From: Deltaproteobacteria bacterium
GTDB lineage: Bacteria; Myxococcota_A; UBA796; GCA-2862545
Length of the DNA: 40,000 nucleotides
Reading direction: 5' to 3'
Assembly: GCA_006226595.1 (NCBI GenBank)
Contig: SBGP01000043.1
Span: forward strand, 70,832-110,831
Part shown: positions 33,401-40,000 of the stretch, piece by piece
Numbering within the stretch: the stretch's first letter is position 1
Layout of the letters: every line of letters starts with the position of its first letter
Position numbers and translations under genes: made by a program
The notes under the pieces: generated by a model
Told to the model about the DNA's origin: nothing
Database searches by the model: none
The model's input: only the letters and a program-made list of their open reading frames with translations

Positions 33401-33774
33401 TGCACGTGAAGCTTCAGAATGTGCTCGAGATCGCTCGTGAGCGAGGACTCGGACTCGAGCCTCAGAGGCAACTCAAACGAGCCCTAGAGGCCGTTGAAGG
33501 TGACGACCTGGCGGAAGCGAGAGGCCGCCTTGCGGCAGTTTCGGGCCGACCGGCGGAGATACCCCCATACGAACTCGCCCGGGCTTCGACCCCAGCTGTG
33601 GTGAAGCTCGTGGCGCTTCTAGACGCGGCATCCTCTCTCATGGATGCTGTGGAGCCCCTTTTGGACGTCGCATCCCACGTCGGTGGAAGCGCTGCTGAGG
33701 CGTACCGGCGGGAGGTCGACGGCCTGCTCGGTGCTTTCGTCGAGTGGACGGCCCCTGAGTTGGGGGCCAGATGA
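30430..33774 (+). CDS. large P-loop NTPase, 1114 aa, with an internal Pro/Gly/Ser linker (DpdH position)
   Basis: Track ORF 30367.. trimmed to 'MRELQRYWPE' (ATG 30430, 8-nt overlap with the upstream stop). Walker A 'ITGRSGCGKSHFIVWL'. Walker-B-like 'ELVFLAEDFSVL'. The linker 'PGTGSSPGAGLSPGPSPSPSPGAGHSPGPSPSPGAGQSPRPSPGAAPRPGAGSTPTPGAGPGQGG' is followed by a ~400-aa helical C-terminal region. Confidence 0.7.
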   Translation: MRELQRYWPERVQGTSIINADADVIQEPSVVLATHQEVTLLKQSVDLVAGDGAQGVEVSEEEFLDYFLQDCDNANMLAPITGRSGCGKSHFIVWLEARLLRRDDADRRHIIRIPKGASFRSVIRRILADLRGDAYTELHERVKRAGNSLTTKAAREWVVAGVNIALDNIHADLTGALERYAEVQRTDEVKARIRDLQQRLRHATGLQALLSDNLFKRDHFFAEGQAIDRIAVRIVHGKKRSADPIEFQVAAEDFVLPEELERLVSTSAGAPAQAYYQWLMGETQRNRDKRALAAQVMNQALDLAIPRVLQLGDNELNEVLRAIREQLEEEGRELVFLAEDFSVLAGIQGALLDAMTVPRGGAGRPLCVMRTALAVTDGYISERDTIATRARFQFRMPERVVDQETIVDFVAEYLNAERHGTVDLNAWYREQADGPSSPLLPPLEIVDLDREYLDAFGYSTRGIPLFPLSRTAIREILRVKLRTEGGGLVFHPRTIVNHVLIEVFKNHARSFAHGQFPPAAFELYKERPLDSMAPLLTSQVMRLAPTHSDGQRWLVLLRFWGGAPIDMTEARSLNARVYEAFGLPVLPGTAVNQVGPGTSAAEGSGRRSAEVLMPISGPSVDAPTPGTGSSPGAGLSPGPSPSPSPGAGHSPGPSPSPGAGQSPRPSPGAAPRPGAGSTPTPGAGPGQGGTPAEPIQQWDRVLTEWRNGAMLPTEQANLLRTWVLGLVLRHVDWEAEGLRQPVASLGAQKKVWLGEAAAGGIAEGACHIRVGGLEVDTDADRHGLHLALQGLVRFELGGWRFDFENADVLYEHLMARLATWHAQFVEWYRASCPDLVVAEVKLLSALAVIERGSMMTLEDVGDLFERHRSNAGGPVAWRDLHHALDFERASRIDLLLGLVGIFQGGHVDARQNQQLLALDGWRILCAMEGLEPSVCPEISGLSKNKTYQRNTEEAAREVAKRWTHALAAQRSWLRMQSERVLTSIPADAGSLHVKLQNVLEIARERGLGLEPQRQLKRALEAVEGDDLAEARGRLAAVSGRPAEIPPYELARASTPAVVKLVALLDAASSLMDAVEPLLDVASHVGGSAAEAYRREVDGLLGAFVEWTAPELGAR
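32296..32500. repeat. Low-complexity coding repeat (about 36-bp imperfect unit 'tggggcgggtca[c/g]agcccg[g/a]ggccgagtccgagtcc', about 3 copies at 32322-32432)
   Basis: Read directly from the sequence. It encodes the PG/SP linker of the P-loop protein. Confidence 0.8.
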
Positions 33775-34496
33775 ACATCGTCGAGCGAGCCGAAAGAATC
33801 GAGCGGCTCAACAGGCACAGGACCGATCAGGAAGTGCTGTCCACCCGGTTGGGTGCCGTTCAGGGACATTGGAACACAGTCGCCGAAGACTTGGGCGAAC
33901 TGCAACGCCAGCTGGATGGGCTAGCGTTGCTGGCTCGCGAGGGCGTGTTGGTACGTGAGCTCCCGCTTTCGCTGGCGGACGCTCAAGGCCGTTGCAGGAT
34001 TCTTCGCGAGCAGGTGGCTCACGATAGCGAACTGACGCTTGAGGGTCGTGCATTCAAGGCTGTGGCGGATGCCGTGAGGCAGGCACACACTGATCTCGAG
34101 GCATACGCCACTTCGGAGTGGGCGGACTTTGTTCGGCAATCCGCGCCGCCAATGCGCGCGGCGGAGGTCGAGGCGGATCGCGATCACGTCGATCCGGTCC
34201 GAAGGAAGTGCGCGCGCGAGCTTCACGGGGCTCTTCTAGCCTACGAGGGGCTTGCCGCCCGCGTGCCCTCCTCCGAAGTTCGCTTCCGGGAATTCGAGAC
34301 CGCGCGTGCTTCCGTCGACCCACCGCTCCAGGCCTTCCGGAGTGCGTCCGACTTGCCCGCCGATGTCGAGGCGTTCTTCCAGAAGGCGAACAGTACAAGT
34401 GGGGCCTTGCTTTCCGATCTCACGCCAAAGGTCAGCAAATGGCTTGTGGACAACGGTCGCGAGGACCTCTTCCGAATCCGAGCGACCAATGACTGA
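33771..34496 (+). CDS. hypothetical helical protein, 241 aa (DpdI position)
   Basis: Complete track ORF with an ATGA overlap upstream. Coiled-coil-like composition. Confidence 0.6.
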   Translation: MNIVERAERIERLNRHRTDQEVLSTRLGAVQGHWNTVAEDLGELQRQLDGLALLAREGVLVRELPLSLADAQGRCRILREQVAHDSELTLEGRAFKAVADAVRQAHTDLEAYATSEWADFVRQSAPPMRAAEVEADRDHVDPVRRKCARELHGALLAYEGLAARVPSSEVRFREFETARASVDPPLQAFRSASDLPADVEAFFQKANSTSGALLSDLTPKVSKWLVDNGREDLFRIRATND

Positions 34497-37400
34497 GTCA
34501 ATCGATGTCGATCTGGCTGTGCTGACCGGCTTCCTCGACCTCGTCGAGCACCACGAGCGCCAACTCCTCTCTTGGGGCGTCATCGAGGGTGCGCACAGCC
34601 GGGACGAGTTGGAGGGCCTGGCCTCTGAGCACCTCGTCAGGTGCGGTCTGGAGGAGGACATTGACCCAGAGGACCTCGTCCACGAACTCGTTCATCGGAG
34701 GATGCTCTACGAGCCTGCGGAAGGGAGGTTGCGTTCGCGTGCGGCAGAGTCCGTTCGGCTATTCGCCTCGTTGCGGCGTATGTTCCCAAAGCATCGGACA
34801 ACGCCAGGGGCTTGGAGGGCGGCGCCGCCTCTGGTCGCCGACTTCCGATTTGCCTCACAGCCGCGTCGGTACCCCGAACGGCGAATTCCTTCCGAACGCG
34901 TGCTTTCCGACCTCGAACTCGATGACGATGTGCGGCGGATCCTCGCGGAGTTGCTGGCACGCGGACCAGGGTACAGGTTCGCCGGTTTCCAGGTTGATGC
35001 GATCCGACAGATCCTCTCCGATCTTTCGTCGGGGCGTGACCGAGGTGACGTCATCTGCGCCGGGACCGGTAGTGGAAAGACGCTCGCGTTCTACCTCCCC
35101 GTCCTGGCCCACATCGGTGCGACCATCACAGCCGAGCGATTCGCTCGGGCCATTGCGGTTTATCCAAGAAATGAGCTCCTCAAGGATCAGTTCTCGGAGA
35201 CCTGGGCCGAGGCCCGCCGATTGGACACACTATTGAGGGAGCGCGGGTCGCGCCCGCTCGTGATCGGCGCCTATTTTGGGCAGACCCCGGAAGCTGTGGG
35301 GAGCCTGTCGGGCAAGCAGTCATGGCGGCGTTCGAGAGACGGCTGGGTGTGTCCATACTTCCGTTGTCCTACTGAGGGGTGTACCGGTGACATGTGCTGG
35401 TCGTCCGATGACGCCAAAGCAAACCGACATCGGTTGGTTTGTTCGCGCTGTGACACGGAGACCCCAGAGGGGCTGCTTGTTCTGACACGAGAGCAGATGC
35501 GAGCAACTCCGCCTGACGTGTTGTTCGCCACCACGGAAATCCTCAATCGTTCGATGAGCGACGACCGCGCCGGTCGAGTCTTTGGAATGTTCGGGGCCCC
35601 AGCTCCAGACGTTCTTCTATTGGACGAGGTCCATACCTACGCTGGCATACACGGGGCACAGGTGGCCTATCTGTTGCGTCGCTGGCGTCACGCGCTTGGT
35701 GCGCCGGTCACCTTCGTTGGTCTGTCGGCCACGTTGCGTCAGGCACCGCGGTTCTTCGCCCAGTTGACCGGGGTGGACGAGAGCGCGGTGACGCTTCTTC
35801 AGGCATCGGAACAGGACATGGTGGAGGAGGGGAGCGAGTACCAGCTTGTATTGCGGGGAGAGCCAGCGTCGGGAGTCAGTCTTGCCTCAACCACGCTGCA
35901 GACGGCCATGCTGCTACGCCGTATTCTGGAGCCCAGCCAGAATCCGTTCTGCCCGGAATTGTTCGGCTCCAAGGTCTTCCTGTTCACGGACGACCTCGAC
36001 GTGACGAACCGTCTGTTCTTCGACCTCCAGGATGCCGAGGGGCGCAACCACTTTGGGCGGCCGGATCCAGCTGCGACCGGGCCGCTGGCAGCTCTCCGTG
36101 CGAAAGGCGATGACCCCCGGGAACGGCACGAGCGGGGGCGCAACGGTCAGTGGTGGGGCCTATGCGAGGAGATCGGCCATGACTTGGGACCTTCCGGGCG
36201 CTTGGATGTCGGTCGCACGTCATCGCAAGACGCCGGTGTCGGGCCTGACTCCGACGTCATCGTCGCCACCGCCTCACTAGAAGTCGGCTACAACGACCCC
36301 GAGGTCGGCGCTGTACTTCAGCACAAGGCTCCGCGAGACGCGGCGCAGTTCCTTCAGCGCAAGGGGCGCGCTGGGCGACGGCGCTCCATGCGACCTTGGA
36401 CCGTGGTGGTGCTATCTGATCATGGCCGCGACCGCGCGGCCTACGAGCAATACGAGAGCCTGTTCGATCCGGCCCTGGAAGAGCGGACGCTGCCGCTCGC
36501 GAACCGGCATGTTCTAAGGATCCAGGCGGGGTACACCTTCCTCGACTGGGTTGCGCGTCGTTCAGAAATCAGCCTTCCAGGCTCGGTATGGCGGGATCTC
36601 GCGGGACCTCCGACCGTCCACCAATCCGGTCACGTTGCGGCAGGCAAGGAGAGGCAGCGCGAGGAGTTGGCCCTTCTGGAGCGCCTCCTCGCAGATTCAG
36701 TCCTCCGTGACGAACTCGCCGCCTACGTCGGCGCGGCTCTGGGGCTCGAGCCGGATGAGGTCGTGCCTCTCCTTTGGCTGCCGCCGAGGTCACTTCTCCT
36801 CGCCATGATCCCGACCGTTCGCCGACGTCTCGATACCGCGTGGAGGCGGCTTGCTGACGGGGGTGAAGAACCGGGTGGGGACTACCAAATTCGATACAAC
36901 CCTGCGCCGGATTTCGTTCCCGCCAGCCTATTTGGAGAGCTCCAACTCCCAGAGGTGACCATTGAGACCCCAGCCGCCATTCGCGGCGAGGACCCTGAAC
37001 ACTTCACCATGCCATTGCGGCAGGCGTTGTCGACCTTTGCGCCAGGTTCGGTCAGCTTCAGGTTCACCATCAAACACGCCTACGCCTGGCATTGGATAGC
37101 ACCTCCAGACCCAAGCTTGTCGACGTCACAAGACTTGGATCTAGAACCCATCCTGATGGGGCACACGGAGTTGGGCTCCTTCGCTTGGTCCGACGAGAGG
37201 GGTGACGAGTACCAAGTTCGCTGCATCCGTCCATGGGGACTGCGAGTCACGAAGGTGCCTCGCCAGCAGATTCATCAGTCCTCGAACAGCTCTTTGGTCT
37301 GGCACACCGAAGTCCTTCCGCGTTCTCTCCCGGACGCACATTCACCTCCGCGAGGAACAGAGTGGGCGGGCCTTGTCCGCGATGTCCGGTTTCACACGCA

Positions 37401-39018
37401 CGCAGAGAATCGGAGTGTCGAGATTCGCCGTTTCTCCACGGCAGCAGAAGCTGATCTGCTCGGTATGGACGGAACGCGGAGGACCCCGACGGTCAACTTC
37501 ACCGATAGTCGGGGTAGCCCTTTGGCGCTCGGGTTCACTGGTGCGGTCGACGCTGTTTGCATCAGCGTGGACGTTGGAGCCCTGTCGAAGCTAGCCACCG
37601 ATTGGACAGCCTCGCCGGCGGCCGCTTCCCTGCGTCGCAGGTTGTACCTTCAACGCGTACAGGAGAGCCAGGCGCTTGGACCCTGCGGCTCCTTTGTGCG
37701 CACGCACCTCTCCCAAGTGTACTTCGCAGCCCTGACGGAGCGCGCCAAGATTGATGCCACGGGACTCGCGGATGCCCAGAACGGTCTGCGAGGCGGGAAC
37801 GTCGGCAGTGCTCTTTGGCGAGTCGCCCAGGAGCTCTTTGCCTCCGATACCGCGAGCACGGCGGATGCTCGTCGCGCACTGGTCGACTTGGCGGACTTGT
37901 TGCGGCAGCCGCGAGTGCAGGATGGGTTGGCGGTGGCGGCCGAGGTTCTCTGGTCCACTCCGGACCCGATTGACACTCGGCACTTCGTGGAAGACGTGTT
38001 GATCGCCACGCTGGGTAGCGCATTCCTAGAGGCTGGTCTGAGGCTTTGTCCTGAGTTCGCGGCCGGGGATTTGATCCTGGATCTCGATGCTGGACCCACT
38101 CGTCGCGGCGAGCTCGAAGGAGTCGCCGAAGTCTGGCTCACCGAGGGTACGCTCGGTGGCGGCGGCGTCGTGGAGGAGTTGGCCCGCCGCTTCGCGAACG
38201 ACCCTCGCCGATTTTTCGCTCTGGCCGCGAGGGCTCTGTCCCCTGGCGAGGATGAACTCACGGATGGAGAGCTTCGGCGGATTCTCGAGCTCGCAGGTAC
38301 GGACACTGTCCTCGCAGACGGCTTGAAGGGAGTACGGGCCGCATCGAATCACAATTCGACGAGAACGGCTCTGGGAGTTGTCCGGGACCGGCTGGCTGAT
38401 GCAGACATCTCGACGTCCCATGCCGTCATGTCGGCGCTGAATCGCCGGCTGCTCAGGCCCGGGAGTTCAGCGAACACGGACGCGTTGTGTCGTGATTTGC
38501 TCTCCGAATGGCAGAGTCTGGAGGAGCGCTGGGGCGTAGAGGTGGACGTTCGCACCTGGTCCCATCTCTGTCGGCTGGATGGGCGCGTCGATGTCGCGTT
38601 GCCAGGAGCCGTACCGGCAGATGGCCTCCCTCTTTGGCGGGCAGACGTCGTTCAGAGTCTTCTCTGGCCAACGGGCGGTGTGGTCAGGGGGCGGCCGCTG
38701 ATGTCTTGGAACCCCTACGCCGAGCTCCCGGCGGCGGAACCACTCCTCCTTCGTCCGTGGTTCGACGCCGCCCACCCGGCGATTAAAGCCGGGGCACTGG
38801 AGGCCGTGACACGGGTGCGGCTGCGATTGGCAGAGACTGGTATCGCTCGGGTGACGGCGCCGGTTCGCGAGGGTGATGGGCTAGGCAAGATCATTCGAGA
38901 GGTCTGCACGACGCCGGTGGATTGCGGCTTCTTGCAGGTCTGGCCGGTGCTCTCCGGTCTGACCCGTGCGGGTGCTGAGCTGGTGGCCGAGTTCGAGCTC
39001 CAGGAGGTGGCGCTGTGA
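34489..39018 (+). CDS. dpdJ: large DEVH-box superfamily-2 helicase, 1509 aa, with an inserted Zn-ribbon and a long C-terminal extension (DpdJ-type)
   Basis: Track ORF 34252.. trimmed to 'MTESIDVDLAVL' (ATG 34489, 8-nt overlap with the upstream stop). Motif I 'VICAGTGSGKTLAFYLPVL', II 'VLLLDEVHTYAG', III 'VGLSATL', V/VI 'VATASLEVGYNDPEVGAVLQH...FLQRKGRAGRR'. Cys4-type insert 'CPYFRCPTEGCTGDMCW...LVCSRCDTE' at about 35344-35460. Confidence 0.8.
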   Translation: MTESIDVDLAVLTGFLDLVEHHERQLLSWGVIEGAHSRDELEGLASEHLVRCGLEEDIDPEDLVHELVHRRMLYEPAEGRLRSRAAESVRLFASLRRMFPKHRTTPGAWRAAPPLVADFRFASQPRRYPERRIPSERVLSDLELDDDVRRILAELLARGPGYRFAGFQVDAIRQILSDLSSGRDRGDVICAGTGSGKTLAFYLPVLAHIGATITAERFARAIAVYPRNELLKDQFSETWAEARRLDTLLRERGSRPLVIGAYFGQTPEAVGSLSGKQSWRRSRDGWVCPYFRCPTEGCTGDMCWSSDDAKANRHRLVCSRCDTETPEGLLVLTREQMRATPPDVLFATTEILNRSMSDDRAGRVFGMFGAPAPDVLLLDEVHTYAGIHGAQVAYLLRRWRHALGAPVTFVGLSATLRQAPRFFAQLTGVDESAVTLLQASEQDMVEEGSEYQLVLRGEPASGVSLASTTLQTAMLLRRILEPSQNPFCPELFGSKVFLFTDDLDVTNRLFFDLQDAEGRNHFGRPDPAATGPLAALRAKGDDPRERHERGRNGQWWGLCEEIGHDLGPSGRLDVGRTSSQDAGVGPDSDVIVATASLEVGYNDPEVGAVLQHKAPRDAAQFLQRKGRAGRRRSMRPWTVVVLSDHGRDRAAYEQYESLFDPALEERTLPLANRHVLRIQAGYTFLDWVARRSEISLPGSVWRDLAGPPTVHQSGHVAAGKERQREELALLERLLADSVLRDELAAYVGAALGLEPDEVVPLLWLPPRSLLLAMIPTVRRRLDTAWRRLADGGEEPGGDYQIRYNPAPDFVPASLFGELQLPEVTIETPAAIRGEDPEHFTMPLRQALSTFAPGSVSFRFTIKHAYAWHWIAPPDPSLSTSQDLDLEPILMGHTELGSFAWSDERGDEYQVRCIRPWGLRVTKVPRQQIHQSSNSSLVWHTEVLPRSLPDAHSPPRGTEWAGLVRDVRFHTHAENRSVEIRRFSTAAEADLLGMDGTRRTPTVNFTDSRGSPLALGFTGAVDAVCISVDVGALSKLATDWTASPAAASLRRRLYLQRVQESQALGPCGSFVRTHLSQVYFAALTERAKIDATGLADAQNGLRGGNVGSALWRVAQELFASDTASTADARRALVDLADLLRQPRVQDGLAVAAEVLWSTPDPIDTRHFVEDVLIATLGSAFLEAGLRLCPEFAAGDLILDLDAGPTRRGELEGVAEVWLTEGTLGGGGVVEELARRFANDPRRFFALAARALSPGEDELTDGELRRILELAGTDTVLADGLKGVRAASNHNSTRTALGVVRDRLADADISTSHAVMSALNRRLLRPGSSANTDALCRDLLSEWQSLEERWGVEVDVRTWSHLCRLDGRVDVALPGAVPADGLPLWRADVVQSLLWPTGGVVRGRPLMSWNPYAELPAAEPLLLRPWFDAAHPAIKAGALEAVTRVRLRLAETGIARVTAPVREGDGLGKIIREVCTTPVDCGFLQVWPVLSGLTRAGAELVAEFELQEVAL

Positions 39019-39512
39019 TTCAACAGTTCTCCCTTTCCTCGGGCGCCGAACGTCGCCGCGCGATGCACATGCTGCAATCCTTGCTGGTGGCTGAACTCCT
39101 CGGCACACCAGACGCACTCTTCCTTGCGCTGACAAGTTGGGAGGAGGCGGTGGTGGTCGATAACACCCATGGGGGCTTCTCCACGCTCTGTCCCGACTGG
39201 CCGAGAGGTCCGGTCAGGTTGTCGGCCATCGTGCTGCAGTTTCTACGTCGGGGTCGGGAGGTTCACATCCTCGGACCTGTTGCCGACGCGCCGTTCGTCG
39301 ACCGGCTCCGGCGGGAGGTGGAGCGACTCGGGCTCGATGGCCTTCACTGCCGAGACGTCACCTCGACCGAGAGCGCCATTTGTTCTGCCAGGTTCTCCCT
39401 GGACGGAGATGTGGAGTCGCTGCTTTCTGGTGCTGCTGACGGACGGGTGCGTTTTCAAGCGGATCCCAGCTTGGCGGATGTGAGATGTCGCAACCTCCGG
39501 GAGGCCGAATGA
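39015..39512 (+). CDS. hypothetical protein, 165 aa (DpdK position; no HKD motif seen)
   Basis: Complete track ORF. GTG start in a GTGA overlap with the helicase stop. Confidence 0.5.
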   Translation: MIQQFSLSSGAERRRAMHMLQSLLVAELLGTPDALFLALTSWEEAVVVDNTHGGFSTLCPDWPRGPVRLSAIVLQFLRRGREVHILGPVADAPFVDRLRREVERLGLDGLHCRDVTSTESAICSARFSLDGDVESLLSGAADGRVRFQADPSLADVRCRNLREAE

Positions 39513-40000
39513 GCACGGTGCTTGGCGCGGTGTTCTTCGGTCCGGGCAACCATGCGGCGGGCCATCCGAAGTTGGGCGCGTCGGATTGGCGTGCGGCTTG
39601 CGACCATGTTGGCAGTCACACTGTGGTCCTGCCTCGGGTACACGACAGCGGCGATGTCAGCTGGTATGTGCTCGCGCCTGACGATGTGCACTTCGATGAG
39701 GCTCGTGAGACGGTCACCGCTTTCCTGGGGCACAGCTACTCAGAGTTTCGGGGAGAGGCCGCCGAGCCCGATTCGGCTGATCCCATCGACATCGCCGTGG
39801 ATGAAGCTGCTGGCGGTAGGTGGTTCAGGGTCGCTGTCAGGCAGCAGGACATCGACTCCTCCATTCGGGCCGTGTCCCTGTTGAAAGGATTGCTCGCGGC
39901 TCAGCCGCGAAGGGGACAGGCTCTGCCTCGTCCCATCGGTCGGATGCTTCGCGACATCGAGATGGCTCTTGGAGTGGGACGGTTCGACGAGGCCACGCGT
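39509..40000 (+). CDS. hypothetical protein, N-terminal 164 aa; continues beyond the window end
   Basis: ATG 39509 forms an ATGA overlap with the upstream stop. My translation 'MSTVLGAVFFGPGNHAAGHPKLGASDWRAACDHVGSHTVVLPRVHDSGDVSWYVLAPDD...' stays open to position 40000. It is not in the track because it has no stop. Confidence 0.55.
   Translation, partial: MSTVLGAVFFGPGNHAAGHPKLGASDWRAACDHVGSHTVVLPRVHDSGDVSWYVLAPDDVHFDEARETVTAFLGHSYSEFRGEAAEPDSADPIDIAVDEAAGGRWFRVAVRQQDIDSSIRAVSLLKGLLAAQPRRGQALPRPIGRMLRDIEMALGVGRFDEATR

Noticed and set aside
39015-39512. Expected PLD/HKD nuclease (DpdK-like) at the end of the operon
   Set aside because: I found no HxK(x)4D motif in the 165-aa protein, so I left it as hypothetical rather than calling it a PLD nuclease.

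Overview
High-GC bacterial window. My hand counts of single 60-nt lines range from about 55% to 77% GC. The source is probably a Myxococcota-like genome, inferred only from a MopE-type Cys-rich lipoprotein with a TD/SD repeat. I see three blocks. (i) 1-7.9 kb: a tightly coupled minus-strand operon of orphan proteins that looks mobile-element or phage derived. It ends in a DarB-like N6-adenine methyltransferase/SNF2 helicase fusion that runs off the left edge. (ii) 8-13.9 kb: a mosaic holding the lipoprotein gene, a 630-bp non-coding region full of repeated half-sites and hairpins, a 3-gene orphan operon, two small HTH proteins, an EEP-family nuclease and a small orphan. (iii) 13.9-40 kb: a Dpd-type 7-deazaguanine DNA modification/restriction island. 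It has a preQ0 supply block (two queC paralogs, queE, a folE2-HTH fusion, queD), a dpdC-position gene followed by DGQHR-dpdA-DGQHR on the minus strand, and a divergent >16 kb plus-strand operon running off the right edge. That operon encodes a SNF2 helicase, a RecQ-like helicase, a P-loop giant, a 1509-aa DEVH helicase and small orphans, in the dpdE-K order as I recall it. The Dpd family itself is already described. The unusual parts here are the duplicated DGQHR and QueC genes, the enzyme-regulator fusion and the collinear EEP/HTH tail. I saw no rRNA, tRNA, CRISPR array, transposase or integrase. Many long ORFs in the track are high-GC antisense or out-of-frame artefacts and were discarded. 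Several real genes were trimmed to internal starts that overlap the upstream stop codon.
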